Source: a virus
Taxonomy: Duplodnaviria > Heunggongvirae > Uroviricota > Caudoviricetes
Length of the DNA: 64,000 bases
Reading direction: 5' to 3' (one strand)
Virus record (IMG/VR): IMGVR_UViG_3300043119_000443
Shown here: piece after piece, positions 46,017 through 54,158 of the stretch
Layout: each line of letters starts with the position of its first letter
Position numbering within the stretch: the first letter of the stretch is position 1
Position numbers and translations under genes: made by a program
The notes under the pieces: model-generated
The model's database searches: none
The model's input: the letters and a program-made list of their open reading frames with translations, nothing else
Told to the model about the DNA's origin: nothing

Positions 46017-46296
46017 GGCCGTCCAGACCGTCGATCGCCGTCTCGTAGGTTTCGAGAATTGCGTCCGCTTCTTCCCGCTCTTGGCGGTCCATGCGGCGGC
46101 GACGGATCACAGCGCGAAGCGCCTTCGTGTCATAGCCCATCGACTTCGCTTCGGCGTAGATGTCTTTCTGCGCGCCCTTGTGCTCGTCGATGTCCTCTTG
46201 GACGCGTTCGATCCGGGCAACCATATTGCGGAGCGCCTTCTTGGCGTTGTCGCCGAGGTTCGTGGCGACCGCATCGACGTTGATTTCGTCTTCCAT
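46009..46296 (-). CDS. DUF2312 / GapR-like nucleoid-associated DNA-binding protein
   Basis: RIERVQEDIDEHKGAQKDIYAEAKSMGYDTKALRAVIRRRRMDRQEREEADAILETY closely resembles the GapR core (...VYAEAKGNGFDVKVLKKVVRIRKQD...EEDAILDLY). Confidence 0.6.
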   Translation of the reverse strand: MEDEINVDAVATNLGDNAKKALRNMVARIERVQEDIDEHKGAQKDIYAEAKSMGYDTKALRAVIRRRRMDRQEREEADAILETYETAIDGLDGLV

Positions 46297-46586
46297 CAGA
46301 CCAGTCCTTCAAGTGAAACTTCAGGCGCATAGACGCGCACTTCGATGGTCGCCATCATACCCGTGATCATCTTCAGGTCAAGCGAATACTCGCTGCGACC
46401 GATGGCGTATGCGATCGTCTCGATCACACCGTCCATAGTTGTTTCATGGGCGAGGAAGATGACTGTGTCTCCGGCGCGCGACGTATCGTGGACGACCAAA
46501 TTCTTGTTGTGCCAGAGAAGGTCGCCGACGATGATCTTGTGCAGATCATCGCGTAGCTGGGTCAGTTCGTTCTTCGCGTGTTTCAA
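46296..46586 (-). CDS. hypothetical protein (96 aa, apparent TTG start)
   Basis: TTGA overlap with MazG stop; ATGA overlap downstream. Confidence 0.35.
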   Translation of the reverse strand: MKHAKNELTQLRDDLHKIIVGDLLWHNKNLVVHDTSRAGDTVIFLAHETTMDGVIETIAYAIGRSEYSLDLKMITGMMATIEVRVYAPEVSLEGLV

Positions 46587-47236
46587 CGGTTGTCACCTGA
46601 TCCGCTCAGCGTGCCCTTGGCTTTCCGGGCAGCGAGCTTTTTGATGTTGATCTCCATAGCCATCTGGAGCGAGAAGCTGAGATCGTTGCTGATGAACATC
46701 AGCGATTCGATCGCCTCGTGCATGTGGCGGATGATCTTGCCGCGGCGATCGGCGGTAAGTGTCAGGCTCGATACGGAGCCGTTGCCCGCGTCGCCGACGC
46801 GGAGTTGACCGGGCACGAAGTCGAGAGGCATCCCGTAGCCGTCGTCGCGCATCGCCTTGCCGAGTTGTTCGGCGATCTGGCCGACGATCGCGTTGAGCTT
46901 CAGCGCTTCCCTGTCGATGTTGCCGGTGCCTTTGACAACGATCACAGGCTCCCTGCCGAAGATCGAATAGAGATCGGTTTCGAGTTCGTCGGCCATGGCG
47001 GCGAGATACCACATCACGTCGCCGATTTCCTTGACGATGAGTTCGACCCTGCCGGGGCGAAGGCCGAAGTGGCGGGGCTCGTAGTTCTCCGTCATGAATG
47101 CAGTGTGGACGTGGTCAGCAAGCTCACCTGCTTCGCCGTTCATCTTGAGGGCACAGTACATCATGCCATGGGGGCTCATTCGCCCCGGATAGATCGCGGT
47201 GCCACTGGCCTCGCGCTGATAGGCGTTCAAATTCAT
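46583..47236 (-). CDS. mazG: MazG-like nucleotide pyrophosphohydrolase
   Basis: YCALKMNGEAGELADHV and DIGDVMWYLAAMADELE (EExxE/D MazG-type helices); start at ATG 47236. Confidence 0.7.
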   Translation of the reverse strand: MNLNAYQREASGTAIYPGRMSPHGMMYCALKMNGEAGELADHVHTAFMTENYEPRHFGLRPGRVELIVKEIGDVMWYLAAMADELETDLYSIFGREPVIVVKGTGNIDREALKLNAIVGQIAEQLGKAMRDDGYGMPLDFVPGQLRVGDAGNGSVSSLTLTADRRGKIIRHMHEAIESLMFISNDLSFSLQMAMEINIKKLAARKAKGTLSGSGDNR

Positions 47237-47252
47237 TGGACTGGTCCTCCTA

Positions 47253-47283
47253 CAAAAAGGGCCGCTCGTGAGAGCGGCCCTTT
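47253..47283 (-). terminator. rho-independent terminator after SSB-like gene (minus strand)
   Basis: GGGCCGCTC-gtgag-AGCGGCCC hairpin (47259-47280) with A5 on plus strand = T5 after the hairpin on minus strand. Confidence 0.5.
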
Positions 47284-47331
47284 CCATCTGGCACCAAGCC
47301 CCAGCGGGCTACGACCCTACAGTCGCTATTC

Positions 47332-47973
47332 CTAGAACAGACCGCCGCCGCCTTCGTTCGCGGCTTCATCGAAGCCGAGTTCCGAGGCGTCGAGGCCAGC
47401 GCCGCCGGAGAACGCTTTCGAAGCGTCCTCGGTGCCGCCGCCGAGACGTTCGCCGTCGCGGATGAAGGCGAGAGAGCGAAGGCCGAAGCTGACACCCTTG
47501 TTGCCTTTGGCTTCATAGGCGAAGCAGTTCAGCTTGGCTTGGACTTGCGCGCCGCTGTAGAACAGCGAATTGTCGTCCACGTCGATCACAGTGGCAACGC
47601 CGTTCTGGACGACGTACTTGCCCAGCGTCGGTTTCTGTTCCGTGGAAGCACGGAAGAAAATCTTGCCGGGTTCGAAGCCTTTGTGTTTCGACAGGTCCGC
47701 AGCGTCGCGGAACGGCCACTTGTAGTTCCCCTTCGGATTGCCGCTGGCGTCGAGGCATTCCGGGCCGAACTTCGCCACGAGGGTTTTCTTGGCGACATCC
47801 TTCATGGCGGCGAGCCGCTTCTGGTCGGAGGCCGACAGCTTCTTCGGGTCGAAGATGAAGGTGGAGCTGAACTTCATCACACCGTTGTCGTCAGGGCGGG
47901 CCTTATCGACGTTGATGAAAGAAGCGGTCACGATGGGGGACGTGACGATTTCGTTGACAGGTTTGGTAGACAT
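47332..47973 (-). CDS. putative ssDNA-binding protein (phage SSB-like, DUF2815-like)
   Basis: N-terminus MSTKPVNEIVTSPIVTASFINVDKARPDDNGVMKFSSTFIFDPKK and acidic Gly-rich C-terminal tail ...DASELGFDEAANEGGGGLF; RBS AAGGAAGG. Confidence 0.55.
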   Translation of the reverse strand: MSTKPVNEIVTSPIVTASFINVDKARPDDNGVMKFSSTFIFDPKKLSASDQKRLAAMKDVAKKTLVAKFGPECLDASGNPKGNYKWPFRDAADLSKHKGFEPGKIFFRASTEQKPTLGKYVVQNGVATVIDVDDNSLFYSGAQVQAKLNCFAYEAKGNKGVSFGLRSLAFIRDGERLGGGTEDASKAFSGGAGLDASELGFDEAANEGGGGLF

Positions 47974-48034
47974 AGTTTGTGCCTTCCTTGGCAGAGATGT
48001 TCGCTGAACGACATTGGACAGCGATAAGTAGTTC

Positions 48035-48412
48035 TTACTCGTCTTCTTCGGAGATAGCAAGTGCGGCATTATAGGCCGTCAGGGATGGCATCCGTCCATC
48101 CTTGAATGCTTTGCGCCAGTAGTCAGGCACGTTCGAGTGGTCGCCAGACTGCTTCGCCATGATCAGTTTGCGCGCCGCGGCTCGCACCTGCTCAGGTTCA
48201 TATGCAGCGGCTTCGCACGTCGCTTCGAATTCTTCCTTGTACTTCTTGTCGTAGAACCACAAGCGCGCTTCCGTCACGCACTTATGCTTGTCTTTCGCCT
48301 TCATGCCAGCGCCGACGAACCCCAGAGCGTCGCACAACATACGGAAGACTTTCGCTTTCCATAGCTGCGCCTCTGGCGATTGATCGTCATAGTCATTCGA
48401 GTTCGCTGGCAT
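48035..48412 (-). CDS. hypothetical protein (~125 aa)
   Basis: Start set at first ATG (MPANSNDYDD...) by residue count from ORF end 48499. Confidence 0.35.
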   Translation of the reverse strand: MPANSNDYDDQSPEAQLWKAKVFRMLCDALGFVGAGMKAKDKHKCVTEARLWFYDKKYKEEFEATCEAAAYEPEQVRAAARKLIMAKQSGDHSNVPDYWRKAFKDGRMPSLTAYNAALAISEEDE

Positions 48413-49862
48413 CCAGTTCGTCGCCTTCGAAAGCGTCCGATGCGGTGGCCTTCGCGGCTTCGCGCTTGTCGGTAGATTTGACGAGCACAAGAGCACCATC
48501 CGGACGCTCGGTCAACCCCTTGACGAGCTTCGCGGCTTCCGGGCTCATCTCTTCAATGTCCGTGAAGCTCTTCAGCTTGCGCGGCTGGTAGAGAACTTCC
48601 TCGTCGTCGAAGAACATGCCAAGCGTTTCCGCGATCTCATTCTGGTCACCAGCCCAGCAGCGCTTGGTCGCCTGACGCACCAGCTTGTAGTCCGGCAATG
48701 CCGTACCTTGGCTGACCATGTTGAACGCCTGAAGTCGCACAGCCTTCGCGAATTGCTCGATCAGGTCGGCGGCATTCAAGAGGCGCTTCAGCGTCTCGGG
48801 GTCTTGCTTCAATGCAACCAGCTTCGCCATCTCGTTGGCCTTCGTTTTCGTCCACTCGTTGATCAGCTTGGCCGACGGAGAACCTTTGTTCGCGCCGGAC
48901 TTGGTGACCATGTCCTTCGTGGCTTCAGCCGCGAGATCGCCCAGCTCTTCAATGGACAGGCCATCGTCAGCGAAGCCAGCGGCCATCGCCCGTTGCGCTT
49001 CCTGACGGAAGGCGGGGCACACAGTCTTGGCCTTGCAGAAGCCGCACCAGTCGCCGACAGCGAATGCATCGGCGGGGTACGCTGCATCGACGCCAGCGGC
49101 TTTGGCCGCGTCAGCGATGGCGTTCATCGCATCGACTCGGGTCGCAGCGTCTTTCAGCTCAGCGACAAAATCTTCGATCAGTGCAGTCGGGTCAATCTTC
49201 CACGGGCGCACCGGCCCGTCGGCGTGGAACGCACGCGGCTGGCCGACGAACAGCTCGATCTCTTCCGGCATCAGGTCTTCATCGAACCAGCCGATAATGT
49301 CATCCCAGCAAACCTCGATCAGCTTGCCGAGGGCGTAATACTTGAGCTGCGGATTGTCCTCAACTTCCACGACCTTTCCACGGCCATGTTTGTAATCGAA
49401 CACGCCGAGATAGACCTTCGGCACGAATACCGAGGTGTCGTTGGTGCCGAACATATCATCGCGGCCCAGCGCCTTGGCGAGCGAGAAGCCCGTCTCGACG
49501 CCGACTTGGACGGTGTGGCCCAACAGCTCCAGCTCGAAAATCTTGTTGTTGATCGCGTCGAGATAAACCTGTACGGCCTTCGCCATCTCTTCGGTGACTT
49601 CGAATTCGAGACGCGTGCGCTTCTTGGGCTTCGCGTACAGCGGCTCATCCTTGTGCGCCTCCGATCCGTCGCCCCACATGCCGATGAAGGCAGACGCGGG
49701 CTTATCGGCCTTCGTGGCTTCTTCGCAGACCATGTGCGCAACGGTGCCTTCGGCAGCGTACGTCGATGTGGTGTTCGGGAACGGCGCGGATAGCGGGACC
49801 GATGCCGGGCACTTCATCCAGCGCTCGGACGACGATGCGCCAAGGATTGCGTGTACGGTCAT
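48393..49862 (-). CDS. DUF2800-type PD-(D/E)xK (Cas4/RecB-like) nuclease
   Basis: N-terminus HAILGASSSERWMKCPASV...EGTVAH, DYKHGRG, C-terminal Cys cluster CGFCKAKTVCPA. Confidence 0.65.
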   Translation of the reverse strand: MTVHAILGASSSERWMKCPASVPLSAPFPNTTSTYAAEGTVAHMVCEEATKADKPASAFIGMWGDGSEAHKDEPLYAKPKKRTRLEFEVTEEMAKAVQVYLDAINNKIFELELLGHTVQVGVETGFSLAKALGRDDMFGTNDTSVFVPKVYLGVFDYKHGRGKVVEVEDNPQLKYYALGKLIEVCWDDIIGWFDEDLMPEEIELFVGQPRAFHADGPVRPWKIDPTALIEDFVAELKDAATRVDAMNAIADAAKAAGVDAAYPADAFAVGDWCGFCKAKTVCPAFRQEAQRAMAAGFADDGLSIEELGDLAAEATKDMVTKSGANKGSPSAKLINEWTKTKANEMAKLVALKQDPETLKRLLNAADLIEQFAKAVRLQAFNMVSQGTALPDYKLVRQATKRCWAGDQNEIAETLGMFFDDEEVLYQPRKLKSFTDIEEMSPEAAKLVKGLTERPDGALVLVKSTDKREAAKATASDAFEGDELDASELE

Positions 49863-50077
49863 ACTACGATCTCCACGGACCAGCCTCGGTTCTCGATAAA
49901 AGAAATAACCTCGTCACGGGTGTCCCACAATTTTTCCCCGGTGATCAGCCATTCACGGCCATTGTCATCCCTGAAGACCTTCCATTGTCCATCAGTTCTC
50001 TCGACAATGTCGATGAGAATTCGTTTGCCTGATGGACTCGTGATGACAGCGGTGCAATCCGGAGGGGACGTATCCAT
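49859..50077 (-). CDS. small hypothetical protein (72 aa)
   Basis: ATGA/TAATG-coupled. Confidence 0.4.
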   Translation of the reverse strand: MDTSPPDCTAVITSPSGKRILIDIVERTDGQWKVFRDDNGREWLITGEKLWDTRDEVISFIENRGWSVEIVV

Positions 50078-50316
50078 TACGCGATCCTCGCCGACTGCCA
50101 GCCCTTCGTTTCATGCAGCACGCGCACGGTCCTGCCGAATTTCTCGGTCGGGCGTTTCATGCGCCGCATCTGCGCCTTGAGCTGGTGGAAGTGCTTGCGC
50201 ACGTTGGCGCGCGACTGGAGGAAGCCGACCGGGTTTGCTTCAGTCTGGCCGAAGAAACGGGTGGGGCGGATGCCCGACGGGCCGGGAACCTTGACGTGGT
50301 CTTTGTGCTTACGCAT
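50077..50316 (-). CDS. small basic protein (79 aa), possible DNA-binding
   Basis: RBS AAGGAA; Lys/Arg/His-rich. Confidence 0.4.
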   Translation of the reverse strand: MRKHKDHVKVPGPSGIRPTRFFGQTEANPVGFLQSRANVRKHFHQLKAQMRRMKRPTEKFGRTVRVLHETKGWQSARIA

Positions 50317-50338
50317 GAGAATTTCCTTGGCAGGCGCG

Positions 50339-50371
50339 GTTACACTACGGGAACCATTCCCGTAGTGTAAC
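50339..50371. promoter_or_regulatory. perfect 33-bp palindrome (15-bp arms, 3-nt centre)
   Basis: GTTACACTACGGGAA-cca-TTCCCGTAGTGTAAC between genes ending 50390 and starting 50316 (minus strand). Confidence 0.5.
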
Positions 50372-50389
50372 GGAGCGCAACAGATAGAG

Positions 50390-51058
50390 TTAGCTGATGA
50401 CCATCAGCGCCGTGAGCTTCGCAAGAGCCGCGCCGTATTGGGCGGGGCTCAGCTCGCTCCACTTCTTGACACCGAATTCGGCAGCGACGGCCTTCACTTC
50501 GGCGATCTTGCCAGCGGCGACGGCGTTGGCACCGGCGGCGCGGAGATCGGCCTCGGTGATCTCAGCCGACGGCTTGTGGGCGGGGGCTTCAGCCGGAGCG
50601 GGAGCCGGGGCTTCAGCCGGAGCGGGCGTTTCAGCGGGCGCTGAAACCGGGGCATCCGGTGCATCGCCGCCGAGGGACGCCTTGAACGACTGCGGATCGC
50701 CATAGACGGTCTGCGCGCGGAAAGCTTCCGCTTCCTCGATCGTCAGGCCAGCGGCGTTCTCTTCCTTCGTGCGACGGATGCGCTTGGCATCGGACGAGCC
50801 GCCGCCCGCACCTTGGGCGCTGACCGTGATGGTTTCCGGAACTTCGCCGACGAACTTCTTGGTAATCTCAGGAACCGACGGCGGCGAATAGGTGTTAACC
50901 ACTGCGGGCGCACCGGCGATGGCGGCACCAGCGAGAAGGGCGGCGAGGTTGCCGCCGGAGATCGTGATGTTGAATTCGGCTGATGGTTGTGAAGAGCCGA
51001 GTACGGCGAGAGCGGAAGCAAGCTCCGGCCCGGCGGTGGAAATGTGAAGGGTGTTCAT
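50390..51058 (-). CDS. hypothetical protein with Pro/Ala-rich linker
   Basis: Start at ATG 51058 (M62 of longer ORF); PAPAEAPAPAPAEAPAHKP linker; C-terminal helical domain. Confidence 0.4.
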   Translation of the reverse strand: MNTLHISTAGPELASALAVLGSSQPSAEFNITISGGNLAALLAGAAIAGAPAVVNTYSPPSVPEITKKFVGEVPETITVSAQGAGGGSSDAKRIRRTKEENAAGLTIEEAEAFRAQTVYGDPQSFKASLGGDAPDAPVSAPAETPAPAEAPAPAPAEAPAHKPSAEITEADLRAAGANAVAAGKIAEVKAVAAEFGVKKWSELSPAQYGAALAKLTALMVIS

Positions 51059-51137
51059 GAGGGCGTTGATCCTTTTTCTGAAGCGCTCGAACGTGTCATG
51101 CCAGAGACGTGCCACGGGGTCAACAACTTTTTTGTGG

Positions 51138-51166
51138 TTGACTTGGTCCGTACCCGGACGTATGAA
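51138..51166 (+). promoter_or_regulatory. sigma70-like promoter for primase-helicase gene
   Basis: TTGACT (51138-51143), 17-nt spacer, TATGAA (51161-51166), 27 nt upstream of ATG 51193; overlaps near-palindrome GTCAACAAC-ttttttg-TGGTTGAC. Confidence 0.4.
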
Positions 51167-51192
51167 GGCGATCGACCAAAGCGCGAGAACAC

Positions 51193-53769
51193 ATGACCCA
51201 ACCCGTCCCCAATGCGAAGTGGCTCCGACAATATCAGCCACTCGGGAACCGACTTATTCCTCTCTGTGATTATCGTGCGCTGTCCAAACAGGGCAAGCCT
51301 CTTGGTAAGACGCCATCCGTAAAGGACTGGACTAAGGACACATTCGAACACGCCAATATGGTTAAGTGGATGGAGGATGGCAATAACGTCGGCTTCCGTC
51401 TAGGCGACGGCTGGGGCGTTCTCGATTACGACCCAAGGCGCGATCCAGTCATTATGAAGTTGAAGCAAGAGAACGTCCACGATGATGTTCTCAGACTGCG
51501 TGAAACCGTCGGGCAGCGGAGCATCGACAGGCTTCTTGCTGACGTTGGTATTCAGCACGGCCAATACGCATTCGTCGAGACGGGCGGGCGCGGCCTGCAC
51601 ATCTACCTGAAAATCCCGGTGGGGTTCCGCGGGCGCGAACAGCTCAAGGAATATCCGGGCGTCGAATTCAAGCACAGCAACCGCCGCTACGTCGTCGCCA
51701 TGGGGTCAATCCATCCCGGCGATGAGAAGGAAGGCATTGCGCCGGGCAACTATTACAAGCCGGGCGACCAGTCGTTCGCGCTTATGAACACGATCTCATC
51801 GCCGCCGAAGCTCACGGAGCTTTTCAGCCACATCGATCCACCAGATTACGTCAAGCAAGCAGGAGAAGAGAGCTTTGGTCGGTTTTCGTCTTTCCAGCTT
51901 GCCGACACGCTCGCGTTGATTCCGCCGGAGACATTCCGGTCGGGGTCAGACCCATCATGGGAACAGTTCATGATGGCGTGCCACTGGATGACAGGCGGCA
52001 CGGGGCGTGAAGAATTCACTGACTGGTCCATCAGCGACCCGATGTACTCGGACCAAGATGAGATCATCCGCAGGCGTTGGGACAGTCTCACGCCGAAGGT
52101 GGACAGCCTGAAGACCGGGCTTGTCTTCAAGGTGCTCGCCCAGCTCAACATACCGCGCAGCAAATGGCCGACGGAAAGCGCGAGCGTCATGTTCGCGTCC
52201 GATCTGGACGACTTTTCGGCGCAAGAGCTTGAGGGCGAGATCATGCCCGAAAGCGCTGAAGCCAAGATCGTCAAGGCGATGAACGATGAGCACGCTCTCG
52301 TCATGATGACGACCGAACCCTTCTACATGGGCAACACCTATCACACGCTGTCCGGCACCGTTATTCCGGTGTTCCGCAAGCGCAGCGCCATGGTGGAGAT
52401 ATACGCGAACAAATCGCTGATAACCTCTGTCGCACAAGCGGGCGGTGAGAAGAAGATGGAGATGACCCACTTCGATTTCTGGCGTCGCCACCCCCAGCGC
52501 CGTCAATACATGGGCGTCGATTTCGCACCGGGCAGCGATCCGGAATTCATGACGCCCACTGGCATGTACTATAACACATGGCGCGGCTGGCCGTTCGATC
52601 CGGAGTTCCGCGGCAACGGAAACTGGGACAGGCTGAAAGAGATATTTTTCGAGAACATCTGCGACCGCGACAGAGAGATGTTCGACTACGTCATGAAGTG
52701 GATGGCGTACTCCGTCCAGCATCCGGCGGGCGCGCAGCGCGTGGCGTTCGTCATGCAGGGCGACAAAGGTCTTGGCAAGTCGATGTTCGCGAACGCATGG
52801 CGCGATATGTTCGGCAAGCACGGCCTGACGACCGATGAGAAGGACGACGTGTTCGGTCGCTTCAACAACCAGATGTCATCGACGCTCGCGCTCTTCCTTG
52901 ACGAAGCCCTGTTCGCCGGTGACAAATCCATCGACGGCAAGGTCAAGCAGCGTATCAACTCTCCGACGATCCGCGTCGAAGAGAAGTACATGCCCCAAGT
53001 CAATATCAAGAACCATCTGAAGTTCATGATCGCGTCCAACGATCAGCACGTGGTCGCGGCAACGCAGGGCGAGCGCCGTTACGTCGTGACGGATGCCAAG
53101 ATGAACATCCGCAAGCCGAATGCGATCTATGAGAAGGCGCATGAAGACCTGTACGGCACGCGCCAGCGCCCGCACACCGACGGCATTCAGGCGATGTTCT
53201 ATGACCTGATGCACCATGAGATCGGCGACTTCGAACCGGAGCGCGATCGCGTCACCTCGTCGGCGCTTCGCCGCCAAGTCCGTATCGAGTACGGCGACCG
53301 GGCCGAATGGTGGATCGAACGCATCGTCAACGAATCGATGCCGATGATGTTTGACCCCTCACCGACATACCGGGCGACTAAGGGCGTTGTAGCTAACTGG
53401 CATAAGCGACCGATTGCAGTGCCCGTCACTGCATTGCGTGAATCCATGAAGCTGTTTATGGGTGATCGGCTCAAGGGCGAACTACTGTTCGACTTCAAGG
53501 CGCGCTTCCTGACCGCCATCCAGTTCATGCTCCCGGAGACGACGGAGAGCAAGCGTCGGATGAAGCTCCCGGAAGGGATCGACTTCATGGGCGTCGATGC
53601 CGCAGAGAACGGGATGGCCGAATGCATCGTTCTGCCGCCGCTCCCCGTGTGCCGGGCGCACGTCGAAAACCTGTTTGGCAATCTCACCGGCGAAGTGATG
53701 CAGGATTTCGAGGCCGATGATCGATATGGTGTGGATGACATCGGCGACGATCTGGATGGTCTTGTCTGA
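51193..53769 (+). CDS. bifunctional primase-polymerase / D5-P4-type SF3 helicase
   Basis: N-terminal prim-pol-like region (GFRLGDGWGVLDYDPRRD...GRGLHIYLKIP), C-terminal Walker A GDKGLGKS and D5_N-like region. Confidence 0.8.
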   Translation: MTQPVPNAKWLRQYQPLGNRLIPLCDYRALSKQGKPLGKTPSVKDWTKDTFEHANMVKWMEDGNNVGFRLGDGWGVLDYDPRRDPVIMKLKQENVHDDVLRLRETVGQRSIDRLLADVGIQHGQYAFVETGGRGLHIYLKIPVGFRGREQLKEYPGVEFKHSNRRYVVAMGSIHPGDEKEGIAPGNYYKPGDQSFALMNTISSPPKLTELFSHIDPPDYVKQAGEESFGRFSSFQLADTLALIPPETFRSGSDPSWEQFMMACHWMTGGTGREEFTDWSISDPMYSDQDEIIRRRWDSLTPKVDSLKTGLVFKVLAQLNIPRSKWPTESASVMFASDLDDFSAQELEGEIMPESAEAKIVKAMNDEHALVMMTTEPFYMGNTYHTLSGTVIPVFRKRSAMVEIYANKSLITSVAQAGGEKKMEMTHFDFWRRHPQRRQYMGVDFAPGSDPEFMTPTGMYYNTWRGWPFDPEFRGNGNWDRLKEIFFENICDRDREMFDYVMKWMAYSVQHPAGAQRVAFVMQGDKGLGKSMFANAWRDMFGKHGLTTDEKDDVFGRFNNQMSSTLALFLDEALFAGDKSIDGKVKQRINSPTIRVEEKYMPQVNIKNHLKFMIASNDQHVVAATQGERRYVVTDAKMNIRKPNAIYEKAHEDLYGTRQRPHTDGIQAMFYDLMHHEIGDFEPERDRVTSSALRRQVRIEYGDRAEWWIERIVNESMPMMFDPSPTYRATKGVVANWHKRPIAVPVTALRESMKLFMGDRLKGELLFDFKARFLTAIQFMLPETTESKRRMKLPEGIDFMGVDAAENGMAECIVLPPLPVCRAHVENLFGNLTGEVMQDFEADDRYGVDDIGDDLDGLV

Positions 53770-53783
53770 ACTTGACTTCTTTG

Positions 53784-53792
53784 GTTAACTAT
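53784..53792 (+). promoter_or_regulatory. GTTAACTAT motif next to TTGAC after primase gene
   Basis: aaCTTGACttctttgGTTAACTATGGctactg. Confidence 0.25.
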
Positions 53793-53825
53793 GGCTACTG
53801 ATAGGGGTGTAGAGGTCACACCCCC

Positions 53826-54155
53826 ATGGCAGTTCAAATTCGTGTATCCAAAGATGGACAGTTCGTCGGCGAGTCCATCAAGGGCGCACCGGCGATCGAC
53901 GAGGATGTTACCCCGGCAACGAGCCCTTCGTGGAGCGCGGCTTTTCCCGTTTTGACCAACTCCGGCCAAGAGCGGCTGGTTGAGTTCATCGTCGATGAAG
54001 ACGTTGAAATTGCTGTAGTTCGTGGCAACCGCAGCGTCAACACCGTCACCCCTATTCGTTTGATCCTGCCCGTCGCGGGTACGATGATTCACACTTTGCT
54101 GCTCAGCCTGCCGGGCGAGACGACAACGTGGAACTTCTATTTCAGGACACCATAA
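53826..54155 (+). CDS. hypothetical protein (109 aa)
   Basis: ORF directly upstream of giant gene. Confidence 0.4.
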   Translation: MAVQIRVSKDGQFVGESIKGAPAIDEDVTPATSPSWSAAFPVLTNSGQERLVEFIVDEDVEIAVVRGNRSVNTVTPIRLILPVAGTMIHTLLLSLPGETTTWNFYFRTP

Positions 54156-54158
54156 TAC

